Notes under the pieces: generated by a model | What the model was told of the DNA's origin: nothing | The model's database searches: none | The model's input: only the letters and a program-made list of their open reading frames with translations | Origin: Gammaproteobacteria bacterium | Lineage (GTDB): Bacteria > Pseudomonadota > Gammaproteobacteria > JAJFKO01 | NCBI GenBank assembly: GCA_021773175.1 | Contig: JAJFKO010000064.1 | Coordinates: 201,367-265,366, forward strand | Direction of reading: 5' to 3' | DNA length: 64,000 nt | Translations under genes and position numbers: made by a program | In this document: positions 10,180 through 20,853 of the stretch, in pieces | How the letters are laid out: the number at the start of each line of letters is the position of its first letter | How positions within the stretch are numbered: the stretch's first letter is position 1

Positions 10180-12198
10180 TCAGATGAATTTATCTAACAT
10201 CAATTTAGCCTTTTCTTCTAATAATGGTTTGATGAGGATATGATTAATTCCAGCCTTTAAACTTTTTTCTTCACCGCTCTTATCTATATGCGCGGTTAAA
10301 GCAATAATAGGTGTGGGTTTGCTGCGTTGGCTGGTTTCCCATTCGCGAATTTTTGTTGCAGCAGTATAGCCATCCATGTCTGGTAAACCAATATCCAAAT
10401 AAATTAAGTCATAATGTTTTTCTTTGACTTTTTGTAATGCTTCTTCACCATTACTTGCTACCGTTACATTGCAGCCTATATCTTCAAGTTTTGCTGCGGC
10501 AATTTTTTGCATTAAAGGAACATCTTCAACTAATAGAGTTTTAACAGACGGGCTGATTTTAATTTTATGATTATTTACTACTTTAGGTCTTGGAGTGTTT
10601 CTTGACATATAATTATCTAACATAATATTGTCGTGGAGGTCTTTGCTTGAGCTGTTCATAATATCAGAGGTGCTGAATAAGTCGCTCTCAGGCGCTTTTT
10701 CTAACGTCAATGAAAAGGTAAAAGTGCTACCATGATCAACCGTACTTTCAAGTTGCATGGTGCCATGTAACGCATCTAATAGCAGCTTTACAGAGTAAAG
10801 GCCTAGTCCAGTTCCTTCGTAAATACCCTTATATGATGGCGTAAGTCGGGTAAACATATTAAAAATATCACGATATCTATTTTCTGGAATTCCAACGCCC
10901 GTATCTGCAATCTTAAATTCAATAGTTACCTGGTTTTCAACTTCTTGAATAAATTTTGTTGAAACTTCAATCTTACCATGCTGTGTAAATTTAATAGCAT
11001 TACTTATTAAGTTTAATAGGATGCGGTAAATTAATTCATCTTTACCATCAAGGGTGCCAGGAATTTTAGTGTCATGGCGAATAATAAATTCAATAGGTTT
11101 TTGTTTTATGCTAGGTAAAAATATTTCATAAATACTATCGAGCATGTGCTGTAAGGAGAAACTTCGAATGTCACTAGGAATATGGTCAAGCTCATACTGA
11201 ATATTCTCTAGTATTTTATTTAGGAAGCTAAGTAATTGCTTGCTTGCGGCATGAAGATCGGTAATGATTTCTATTGATTCTGAACCTTGGGATTTTTGTA
11301 ATAGCGTCTCGGTTGCACCAATCATACCGGCTAATGGTGTTCTAATATCATGACTCATATTCGCTAAAAATTCAGACTTTGCCATGCTGGCATGTTCTGC
11401 TTGTTCTTTCGCATGATGCAATTCATTTTCAATATTCTTTCGTTCGGTAATATCAAAAGAGACACCTAGCATACCAATAACATTATTTTGTTTATTCAGT
11501 AAGGGAACTTTTTTAGATAAGAATGTTTTCTCTTCTTGGCCTGGATTTCTATTGGTTTCTTCAACAGTGTATTGCGTTTTAGTTTCGATAACCATGCGGT
11601 TAATGTTATCGAGCTCTTCTGCTTCATGTCGCCAAATTAATTCACTATTATACTTGCCAATAATATCATTTGGAGATGAGAGCTCTGCTGCTTTTGCCTG
11701 TTGCTCATTGCAACCTAAATAAATAAGATTGTTATTCAACCAATAAACGTGACCTGGCATCATTGAAATAACCTTTTGTAAGGTGATTTCAGTATTTTCT
11801 TTTTCCTCTAATAACGCTAACTCTTTCTCTTTTTCATCAGTGATATCAATTGAAATACCCAAAATGCCAATAACATTATTGTTTTCATCAAATAAAGGTT
11901 TCTTCTTAGAAAGAAAATATTGTTTCTTATTATATTTAAGGGTAACGCATTCTTCTACTGTTAGTAATTTTTTAGTTTCAAGAACATGGCGGTCATTCGC
12001 AACAATAATTTTAGCTTCCTCAGGGCATAATAAGTCATAATCAGACTTCCCGATCATATCTTGTTGGTAAGGAAAGTTACAAGTGCTAGCTTGTGCTTGA
12101 TTACAGTCTATATAGATCCCATTGGTATCTTTCAAGTAAACATTGCCAGGAAGTAAGCTGACAATATTTCTAAGTTGAGATAATTCTTTATTTAGCAT
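10180..12198 (-). CDS. hybrid sensor histidine kinase/response regulator with tandem PAS domains, HisKA, HATPase_c and a C-terminal receiver
   Basis: H-box (SHDIRTPL), N/G boxes (DTGVGIPE, GTGLGL) and a receiver domain (LLVEDVPLMQ...DLIYLDIGLPDMDG). The ORF track starts at GTG 12246; the ATG at 12198 (MLNKELSQL) is more plausible. Confidence 0.85.
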   Translation of the reverse strand: MLNKELSQLRNIVSLLPGNVYLKDTNGIYIDCNQAQASTCNFPYQQDMIGKSDYDLLCPEEAKIIVANDRHVLETKKLLTVEECVTLKYNKKQYFLSKKKPLFDENNNVIGILGISIDITDEKEKELALLEEKENTEITLQKVISMMPGHVYWLNNNLIYLGCNEQQAKAAELSSPNDIIGKYNSELIWRHEAEELDNINRMVIETKTQYTVEETNRNPGQEEKTFLSKKVPLLNKQNNVIGMLGVSFDITERKNIENELHHAKEQAEHASMAKSEFLANMSHDIRTPLAGMIGATETLLQKSQGSESIEIITDLHAASKQLLSFLNKILENIQYELDHIPSDIRSFSLQHMLDSIYEIFLPSIKQKPIEFIIRHDTKIPGTLDGKDELIYRILLNLISNAIKFTQHGKIEVSTKFIQEVENQVTIEFKIADTGVGIPENRYRDIFNMFTRLTPSYKGIYEGTGLGLYSVKLLLDALHGTMQLESTVDHGSTFTFSLTLEKAPESDLFSTSDIMNSSSKDLHDNIMLDNYMSRNTPRPKVVNNHKIKISPSVKTLLVEDVPLMQKIAAAKLEDIGCNVTVASNGEEALQKVKEKHYDLIYLDIGLPDMDGYTAATKIREWETSQRSKPTPIIALTAHIDKSGEEKSLKAGINHILIKPLLEEKAKLMLDKFI

Positions 12199-12371
12199 AA
12201 CTGATAATACCGTCCACACTCTAAAATGCGAATTTCTACCTTCCACTTTCTACCAACAATAGTATTCGCTATAATTTTCGCATTTCGAGCGATATATACG
12301 CAAAATTAATGTTAAGTTTCGTTTATCGTTTTTAGGACTAAGGCCGTCTATCAAACGATAGAAAGTTAAAT

Positions 12372-13694
12372 TTAGGCCGTTTCTTTCATTGTAGCTATCA
12401 CGCTATCTGTAGTACATAAACTTGTATTATTATGATTACGAAGTAACTCGTCGATGGTACTTGTATATATATGTTTAATCAAGAATAGAGAGGGCTTCTC
12501 TATGTAGCAGCCTTTATCGATACAGAGCTTTTTGTCTTGTTCTAACTCAGCATTCAGTTGATGAATATAATGTAAATGTGTTTGTATTGAATGTTGTTCA
12601 GAATTTCTGAATGATTCTGAATAACGGTTTTGAATATCTTTTATCAACTCATTTAGCGGGTTATCGTTGAATTGCGCTAGAGTTTTGCTTGGATATTGTG
12701 GATGCATTGCCATATTAAGCATGATGAGCTTATAAATATTATTGGTAAATAATCGTGTAATAAAGGTAGATGTATCTTCAGCTTGATACTTTACTGCAAT
12801 GGATTGAAACACTATTGCTGGTTGCTGATAATTTAATTGATCGGTTTGTGAATATAATTCATATGCTTGTGTTAATTTATTGTATCGTAAAGGTAATAAT
12901 AAACTTTGCTCAGATTGATTACAACGTTCTCGAAGTTTGATAAAGAGTAAAATATCTTGTTGATGCTCTATAAGATTTGCCATAATTATATCTGTTGCCC
13001 AATACGAAGGTAGAATATGGCGTTTAATCTCATCAACCTTTTCGAGTTTTTTAAGAACTTGACTGAGGTTTGTTGTTTTTGCATTAAGCCTTGCGATTTT
13101 ATAAATAAATTTACATGAATTTTTTGAAATAATTCTTTGTAAATTATGGGTAAGCTTGCTTGCGAAGGTAACAGATGGAATTGCGATATTATGGCAGAGT
13201 GTTTTGTAGTCAATGCCTTTTGGTATACCCTCATTATCAAATGCTCGATATTTTGTTAGTATATAGGCTGAGACAATAAAAAATTCTTCGGCGCTGAGTA
13301 AATAAAATAATTCATTCTCACGAACAAAATGCATGACTTTTTGTGGCGTATACTTCAACTGTCTTCTTAAATTTGAATTATTTCTATTATGAAACTGTAA
13401 AATAGTTTTCTTACAGCGTAAATTTATTTTCTGCAGAACTTCGATACGTTTTTGATAATAACTATAGTTTACCTTACTAAAATCACTGAGGAATTGATAT
13501 GCTCTAATTTGACAGAGGTTATCGCTGACTTGCGGATCAAACTCGGTAAAGCTATGTTGGCAATAAGCGTTTAAAGCATTAATTGACGATTCTGTAAAAA
13601 AGGTCAATAAGCGTAAAATACGGTATTGCATTTCCGTCGATTTTATTTGCGAATCATTTGTGTAAGGTAGAAATTTTAAATTACTAATTTTCAT
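12372..13694 (-). CDS. hypothetical protein (440 aa), AT-rich, no recognisable domain
   Basis: Long ORF whose ATG overlaps the stop of the upstream PQ-loop gene by 11 nt (ATGAAAATTAG), implying co-transcription. Confidence 0.5.
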   Translation of the reverse strand: MKISNLKFLPYTNDSQIKSTEMQYRILRLLTFFTESSINALNAYCQHSFTEFDPQVSDNLCQIRAYQFLSDFSKVNYSYYQKRIEVLQKINLRCKKTILQFHNRNNSNLRRQLKYTPQKVMHFVRENELFYLLSAEEFFIVSAYILTKYRAFDNEGIPKGIDYKTLCHNIAIPSVTFASKLTHNLQRIISKNSCKFIYKIARLNAKTTNLSQVLKKLEKVDEIKRHILPSYWATDIIMANLIEHQQDILLFIKLRERCNQSEQSLLLPLRYNKLTQAYELYSQTDQLNYQQPAIVFQSIAVKYQAEDTSTFITRLFTNNIYKLIMLNMAMHPQYPSKTLAQFNDNPLNELIKDIQNRYSESFRNSEQHSIQTHLHYIHQLNAELEQDKKLCIDKGCYIEKPSLFLIKHIYTSTIDELLRNHNNTSLCTTDSVIATMKETA

Positions 13695-13983
13695 TTGTAC
13701 AATTACGCTTTTTTCTTATTCGATAATAAATAATCAGCCAAACAACTTGGAAGTTAGTTATATCACTTAATAATGTGCCATAGAATAAAAACTTATCTTT
13801 AATCACTAATGCATGACAAGTATAACCGAATTGAATCAGCAAAAAGCCTAAAAATGTAATTAACGAAACTTCTTGAGAATCTTTGCTTTTTATCAATCTA
13901 ATCGATTGTGGAATAAACAATAAAGCATTAACTAATAATCCTACCGCAAAATAAACATTTACTAGTTCTTTTAGCATATACAT
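13684..13983 (-). CDS. PQ-loop / SemiSWEET-like small membrane protein (99 aa, 3 TM)
   Basis: A PQ motif in TM1 (LLFIPQSIRLIKSK) and overall 3-TM architecture resemble bacterial SemiSWEET sugar uniporters. Similarity is judged by eye only. Confidence 0.55.
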   Translation of the reverse strand: MYMLKELVNVYFAVGLLVNALLFIPQSIRLIKSKDSQEVSLITFLGFLLIQFGYTCHALVIKDKFLFYGTLLSDITNFQVVWLIIYYRIRKKRNCTNEN

Positions 13984-14154
13984 ACTTCTTATTGCCTATT
14001 GTTCTTCGAGGCTCTCAGTTCTACTACTGAAAGCCAATAAGTATATTATTCTCTGTTAATAAAATGAACTACTAATTAAAAAAGTTGATGCAATCATAAA
14101 TTAATGTGAAAAATTTATCTATGCCAATATAATGGCTACCGTTTGATAGTTATT

Positions 14155-15606
14155 CTAAAATAATTTGCTAATAACAGGTGTTAAAATAAACACCAACACA
14201 GCAAATCCCAAGGCAATTAATGCATAGATACTGAAGGCATGAACATAAATATGCTGCATTGTCGCTAATTTTGTGACATGTTGTGGAATCGCTGAAATAT
14301 CGGCAAGCTTACCTGCAAATTGCCCAGCAATACCGCCGGTATAGACGAACCAAGCGCCAATCATCATGCCAACCATATTACGCGGTACAAATTTTGTTAT
14401 CATTGCTAAACTAATCGGTGATAGAAACAATTCAGCAAATGCCAGACAAATATAACACACAAATACCCAGATCATATTAACGTGGTGACCAAAGCCAGCG
14501 ACTCTAGTGCCAATAATCAGGGAAACAAAAGCTAGGCTTGCAAACGTGATAGAACAGCCTAGTTTAAATATTGGTGAGGGGTTCATATTATGCTTGTCGA
14601 GGAAATACCATAATTTCCCCGTAATAAATCCGCATAGCACAATAAATAATGGCGCCATACCAATATAGAAAGCAGCAGGGGCTTGCCATCCAAAAACAGT
14701 GCGGTCGATAATTCGCTTGACGAAAAGGTTAACCGAGAAAAATATTTGAAAATCAAACATCCAGTAAAAGGTCGCTAGTAAAATAACAAAGAAGCTTGCA
14801 TAAAGTTGCCAGCGTTGCTTACTTTCCAAAGCAAGACCACGCCAAATGATATAAAAAGCAAGTCCTACGGTAATAATTAGGAAGATGAGGTTGTCTAAAG
14901 CTTCGTAGCGAAGTAATAACATAATCGGATAAACCAGAGCAAGAGCAATCAAAATGACGACTGTTTTAAAATGTAGGAATTGAATTAATTTATTTTTATA
15001 GGTTAATAATGTTGGAGGACTTGACGCTGCTCTATAATTTTTTAAACCGATGGCAAACGTGATTAAGCTAATAATCAACCCTAAGCTTGCTGCATAGAAA
15101 CTACTATCCCAGCCAACATATTTTTTTAATAATCCGGCGGTAATACCTGCGGCAAAACCACCTAAATTAATTCCCATAAAGAAAATAGTGAAACCCGCAT
15201 CACGAATAACCGGGTGATCTTTTGGGTAGAGTCGACCTAATAGCCCAGTGATATTGGGTTTAAAAAAACCATTGCCAACGATAATGATAGCTAAAGCAAT
15301 ATAAAAAACCGTGAGAGAATTTACCGTAAGGCTTGCATAACCAATGCAAAGCAATATGCCACCGAATAAAATAGATTGTCGATAGCCGATAATATTATCG
15401 GCGATATAGCCGCCTATGACAGGGGTGATATAAACTAAAGCGGTGAAGGCTCCAAGCAGATTATAACTTTCAGCATCTGAGAAATTAAACTTAGCAATAA
15501 TATAAAGGATAAATAAAGATTGGATAACGTAAAAGCCGAAGCGTTCCCAAAATTCTGTCATACATAAGAAATATAAGCCGTGCGGGTGTCTATTAGTATT
15601 TTGCAA
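14155..15606 (-). CDS. proton-dependent oligopeptide transporter (POT/PTR2 family)
   Basis: N-terminal FWERFGFY and GGYIAD signatures of POT-family di/tripeptide permeases; 483 aa and about 14 TM. Confidence 0.85.
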   Translation of the reverse strand: MQNTNRHPHGLYFLCMTEFWERFGFYVIQSLFILYIIAKFNFSDAESYNLLGAFTALVYITPVIGGYIADNIIGYRQSILFGGILLCIGYASLTVNSLTVFYIALAIIIVGNGFFKPNITGLLGRLYPKDHPVIRDAGFTIFFMGINLGGFAAGITAGLLKKYVGWDSSFYAASLGLIISLITFAIGLKNYRAASSPPTLLTYKNKLIQFLHFKTVVILIALALVYPIMLLLRYEALDNLIFLIITVGLAFYIIWRGLALESKQRWQLYASFFVILLATFYWMFDFQIFFSVNLFVKRIIDRTVFGWQAPAAFYIGMAPLFIVLCGFITGKLWYFLDKHNMNPSPIFKLGCSITFASLAFVSLIIGTRVAGFGHHVNMIWVFVCYICLAFAELFLSPISLAMITKFVPRNMVGMMIGAWFVYTGGIAGQFAGKLADISAIPQHVTKLATMQHIYVHAFSIYALIALGFAVLVFILTPVISKLF

Positions 15607-15878
15607 ATTATTTCGCCCTTATCACACAGACAGTTTTTGCTTCAAACTTGTTTATTATCAAGAAAAGTTTGCAGGGTTGTTTCCGTACAAGCTCATTCTG
15701 TCTTTATTAACTCATTCATTATTATCATAATTTAGTCACGTATCCAAATATTTTTACCACCAATCAAACGTTGATAGTATTAATTCAAATTGACAACAAG
15801 AGGATGTTTAGATATTGAACTATACGTTTAGTGAACTATTATTTATATGAATGAAAGAAATTAATTTTGGAGAAATCT

Positions 15879-16184
15879 ATGATAAAAATGTTGATATCAT
15901 TTGTATTATTATCTTTTTTAGCGGTCAGTGCTCAGGCTACTGTATTAGGAGATGAGCAGAGATATTTACAAACAAAAGTGCCTGGAATAACTGAAGCGCA
16001 GACGAAAAGTGTACTGGCTCAGTGTAAAAAAACTGGCCATAACACGGCAGAAGCTTGCTATGAGGCTACTAAAGGAAAAAGTATTAAAGGCGCTGGAAGA
16101 AAGTGTGATCGTCGTTGCACTGGCAAGTATGGCCGGGTAGGATATTTTTACTCTGATAATCAGTGTTTGCCATGGTGTCATTAA
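15879..16184 (+). CDS. small secreted Cys-rich protein (about 101 aa) with an SPase I signal peptide
   Basis: GGAG RBS 7 nt upstream of the ATG at 15879. Signal peptide ends ...AVSAQA|TV. The mature part has 7 Cys. The ORF track starts at an upstream TTG. Confidence 0.5.
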   Translation: MIKMLISFVLLSFLAVSAQATVLGDEQRYLQTKVPGITEAQTKSVLAQCKKTGHNTAEACYEATKGKSIKGAGRKCDRRCTGKYGRVGYFYSDNQCLPWCH

Positions 16185-16285
16185 ATGAAATATAGAAATG
16201 GAGAGTTACTGGTATTTTATCTGTATTTTATGCAGGAATTATCATATAACGCTTCATTTTTTTGTTATGAGTGAAGAGTAAAGTG

Positions 16286-17048
<763 letters not shown>

Positions 17049-18503
17049 TTATTGTCCTTGTGCTAACGAGAAACCACGTTCACCATCAAAGGTGTAAAGA
17101 TTCTCAGTTTTCACTATCTCTAACCCTGCTTCGTGAAGTGCTTTCATTTGAATAGACAGATCCTCAAATGACGTTGCTGTAAAATCTTCGCTAGCTTGAA
17201 AACGACAACACCATTGGTCACTCACAAAACAGTGCACAGGATTTCCTGGCCATATTTTTAATCCGCGATTGGTAATAGCGATTAACTTTAACGGACCTGA
17301 AACTTTCGCAATCTTTTCACATAGAGGCAGAACATCGGCATTATCTGAATCAATAAAAATATCGATACCGACTAATTCTTTTTTGGCTTTTTCTTTAGAA
17401 ACCTTTTCATGCAATTCTGTGAAGTGACTATCTTCACTTATTTGAAAGCTAACGGCATGGAATTTTTGTGGTTTCTCACCAAGATTATCAATCACCGCTT
17501 GTGCAAACTGCTCGGTGCCGAGTTTTTCTTTACTGTAATGATTATTATAAATATCAGCAGTATGCATGCCTTTCTCTAAGCAACATAACCAAGCATTTTG
17601 GATTTTTGCGGCGACATCATTTTGATTGATATGAATCAGCATTTGCACCGCACCATTGAGTAAGCCAGATGGGTTCGCAATATTTTTACCAGAGATATCG
17701 GGAGCAGAGCCATGTACGGCTTCGAACATCGCCATATCACGTCCAATGTTTGCTGAACCTGATAAGCCAACTGAACCAGCAATTTGTGAGGCAACATCAG
17801 AGAGGATATCACCGTAAAGATTTGAAGTAACAATAACATCAAAACGTTCTGGTCGAGCAGCTAATAAAGCCGTGCCAATATCAACAATTAAATGTTCTGT
17901 TTCAAAACCAGGATATTCTTGTGCAATTTCATTAAAAACTTTATGAAATAAACCATCAGTGAGCTTCATAATATTATCTTTACTTAAACAAGTAATTTTG
18001 CGGCGATTGAAGCGCTTAGCATATTCAAAAGCATAGCGAATAATGCGTTCACAACCTGGACGTGAATAAATTTTCAGAGTTTGATAGGTATCGTTCGTTT
18101 GCCGATGCTCAATCCCTGCATATAAACCTTCTTCATTTTCACGCACAATCACTAAATCCATGTCTGGAAAATTAGATGATACGTAAGGTACATAAGCACG
18201 AGATGGACGCACGTTTGCATATAAGCCTAACGTTTTGCGAATGGTTACATTAACACTTTTGTAACCGCCACCTTGTGGTGTGGTAATCGGGGCTTTCAAT
18301 AAAACTTTTGTGCGCAACATGGATTCCCAAGCAGAATCTGGAACACCGGTAGTATTACCATCTAAATAAACTTTTTCACCAACTTCAACAAACTCAGGTG
18401 TTATTCTTGCGCCAGCGGCATCTAATATTTTCAGTGTGGCGGCCATGATTTCTGGGCCAATGCCATCACCGTGGGCGACAGTAATAGGAATGTTTTTTGA
18501 CAT
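17049..18503 (-). CDS. icd: isocitrate dehydrogenase (isocitrate/isopropylmalate dehydrogenase family, 484-aa long form)
   Basis: N-terminal GDGIGPEI and the NLYGDILSD motif typical of beta-decarboxylating dehydrogenases. Confidence 0.85.
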   Translation of the reverse strand: MSKNIPITVAHGDGIGPEIMAATLKILDAAGARITPEFVEVGEKVYLDGNTTGVPDSAWESMLRTKVLLKAPITTPQGGGYKSVNVTIRKTLGLYANVRPSRAYVPYVSSNFPDMDLVIVRENEEGLYAGIEHRQTNDTYQTLKIYSRPGCERIIRYAFEYAKRFNRRKITCLSKDNIMKLTDGLFHKVFNEIAQEYPGFETEHLIVDIGTALLAARPERFDVIVTSNLYGDILSDVASQIAGSVGLSGSANIGRDMAMFEAVHGSAPDISGKNIANPSGLLNGAVQMLIHINQNDVAAKIQNAWLCCLEKGMHTADIYNNHYSKEKLGTEQFAQAVIDNLGEKPQKFHAVSFQISEDSHFTELHEKVSKEKAKKELVGIDIFIDSDNADVLPLCEKIAKVSGPLKLIAITNRGLKIWPGNPVHCFVSDQWCCRFQASEDFTATSFEDLSIQMKALHEAGLEIVKTENLYTFDGERGFSLAQGQ

Positions 18504-18526
18504 GATATAATCCTCTTCTTCAAATA

Positions 18527-19714
18527 TTATTTATGTTTGTTTGTTAATGTTAAACCGTGACGATAGTTTGTTAGGGCTGCTTGTGTGTCTCCTAATTGTT
18601 CTAATACATCACCTAGCTCATAATAACTTTCTGCTTGGGGTTTTAATTGAATACTTTCCTCTAAATAATGGCGCGCTTGACCTGATAATTTACATCGCTT
18701 TGCAATTCGTCCTAAGCTTAAGAGTAAAGTTGGATTGTTAGGATGGTTCTTCAACCAAGTTTCAGCAACAGCGAGTTGTTTACTGGGTTCATGGCTGATA
18801 ACTCTGCCAAATAATTCGACCCAGCTTTCATGCCAAGATTTTTTTATAGCTTGGCGTAAAAGAGTTTCAGTCATACTGTTTTCATTAAGTTCAAGTAGCT
18901 TAGTTGCATAAACTGTGAGTAAGGTTTTATCTTGGCTAAGCTGTTTAGGAAGTGTGTGCCAAGTTCGGTTAATGCTTGCAATATTTGAGCCTTTGCAGGC
19001 TTGTTGTAGTAATGCTAAGAAAGCTTGTTTTTCTAAATTTGTAATTTCATCATCATTTAATACTTTATAACGACGACATTTAGGTAAAATATCTAAGAGA
19101 TGTTGCCAGTCTTTCAATTCAGCATAAAGCTTTTGCAACATCTTAATAACCTGACGATGATTAGGGACTAATGTTTGCAAATGTTTTAATGTTGCTAATG
19201 CTTGTTCTAATTGTCCATGACGTAACTGCAATTCTGCTTGGGTCAGGCCCACAGCAACTTCAGCTTCAGGTGTCGAGCGATGCGCTAAGCGAATATAGTT
19301 ATCGCGGCGGTCATAAGCTTCTTGTTCTTGAGCCGCGCGCGCTGCAGATAAATAATTAATGAGCGGCGCTTTATTTTTACCAGCGGCGCGTTTTAAATAA
19401 CGCTCAGCGCGTTCCCAGTTACCTTCTGCTAATTCAATTAAACCTTGATTGGTTTCTTGTCGCGCTTTGCGAAATCTGCGACTGTCAGACCAGATACTAA
19501 TGCGTGACGACAAAGAAAATAAATATGCGAGTAAACGAATTAAGTAATATAAGATTATGTAAGCAACGAGAACGATGACAAAGCCTAACCATAGCGGCAT
19601 TTCCACGGTCCAACGTCGATACGCCATTAACAAATAGCCAGGGTCTTGATGGATCGCGATACCAATGGCAATGGCAATAAAGAGTAATATGACAAATAAG
19701 ATGATTTTCCTCAT
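18527..19714 (-). CDS. hemY: HemY-like TPR membrane protein (heme biosynthesis-associated)
   Basis: N-terminal double TM followed by TPR-like repeats. Sits in the hemD-hemX-hemY gene order. Confidence 0.75.
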   Translation of the reverse strand: MRKIILFVILLFIAIAIGIAIHQDPGYLLMAYRRWTVEMPLWLGFVIVLVAYIILYYLIRLLAYLFSLSSRISIWSDSRRFRKARQETNQGLIELAEGNWERAERYLKRAAGKNKAPLINYLSAARAAQEQEAYDRRDNYIRLAHRSTPEAEVAVGLTQAELQLRHGQLEQALATLKHLQTLVPNHRQVIKMLQKLYAELKDWQHLLDILPKCRRYKVLNDDEITNLEKQAFLALLQQACKGSNIASINRTWHTLPKQLSQDKTLLTVYATKLLELNENSMTETLLRQAIKKSWHESWVELFGRVISHEPSKQLAVAETWLKNHPNNPTLLLSLGRIAKRCKLSGQARHYLEESIQLKPQAESYYELGDVLEQLGDTQAALTNYRHGLTLTNKHK

Positions 19715-20853
19715 GGTTGTGTCGACCTCTCTACCGCTTTATTATATTCTTTTGCTTTTATTGTAGTAGCAGATTCTGGTTCGTTCTCTTTTTGCTTAGA
19801 TGTTGCGGAATTTATTTTTTTGTTAACAATCTTTTGCAATAGCTTTACCGAGGTTAAACTGGGTAATGTCGGATTAACATCAATCAGCATCAGCTTATCG
19901 ACATTTTCCAAAATACTTTGAGTCGCTTGTTCATCTGTATTGAAATATGTTTTTATGGCTGTTGTTACTTGTTGTAAACTGGATTGATAAATTTTCTGTT
20001 GTTTTTGCAATACCGCCCATTGTGCTTGTTGCAGTAATAAATGTATGTTCTGTAGTAAGTATGCTTGTTGATTCGGTGCAAGTATTGGTGTGATAGGTTG
20101 ATTGCGATGACGGATGATCACCAGTTTGCGTAATGACTGCCAAGTTTGGTCTAAACCTTGTTCCCAACTTGATGGTACTTTATGCGTTGTTGTTTTGGCA
20201 GACTTTTGTTTGTTAGCAACGTCTTTATAAGGGTTGGCTAGCGGTAAACTTTTCACTTGTTTATCAATAGCAATGATCTGCTGTAATACATCCTCTGTAT
20301 CAAAACTAGGAACTTCACGCAGTGCTGCAATGTTATTGCTGAGAGCTTGGCGAGCTTGACTAATTGGCTTAGTATAAATGTCATCTAATTGCTGCTTAGC
20401 AGTCGTTAGTAGTTTTATAGCAATATCTTTATTACGTGCTATGTTGGTATTGTAAAATGCAAGACGACTTAGATAGTAAGCATTAGCAATTTTCCAATCC
20501 GTTTGTGTTTTTGGAATCGTTTTGTCATTGCTGATTTTATCAATGCTAACTTTAAGTTTAGTTATATCAGCTTTGTGTTGTTGCTGTTCGAGTTGTTGTT
20601 CTTGATTAGTTTGAGCTTGAGATGAAAGTAGTTTGCCATAGACAGAACTAATATGTTGCGAGGTTTGCCAATTGAGAACACCAAGATAGATAGCACTAAT
20701 ACTTAAAAGAAATGCCAGTATGATAAGGAGCTTGCCTAATGGAAAACTCTTTTCTTTATTAATCTGTTGCGTTGTTGTAGTGCTCTTTTCTGTGGCTGGA
20801 TTATTCTTTGCTGATGTTTTTGTAATTTTCTTTTCATTATTATTATCAGTCAT
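19711..20853 (-). CDS. hemX: HemX-like protein (N-terminal TM anchor plus Gln-rich coiled coil)
   Basis: Position between hemD and hemY, single TM, low-complexity Q-rich region. Its start overlaps the hemD stop. Confidence 0.65.
   Translation of the reverse strand: MTDNNNEKKITKTSAKNNPATEKSTTTTQQINKEKSFPLGKLLIILAFLLSISAIYLGVLNWQTSQHISSVYGKLLSSQAQTNQEQQLEQQQHKADITKLKVSIDKISNDKTIPKTQTDWKIANAYYLSRLAFYNTNIARNKDIAIKLLTTAKQQLDDIYTKPISQARQALSNNIAALREVPSFDTEDVLQQIIAIDKQVKSLPLANPYKDVANKQKSAKTTTHKVPSSWEQGLDQTWQSLRKLVIIRHRNQPITPILAPNQQAYLLQNIHLLLQQAQWAVLQKQQKIYQSSLQQVTTAIKTYFNTDEQATQSILENVDKLMLIDVNPTLPSLTSVKLLQKIVNKKINSATSKQKENEPESATTIKAKEYNKAVERSTQP

Noticed and set aside
17049-18503. 484-aa isocitrate dehydrogenase being unusually long versus the 416-aa E. 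coli enzyme
   Set aside because: A known long subfamily with a C-terminal extension exists, so this is not an anomaly.
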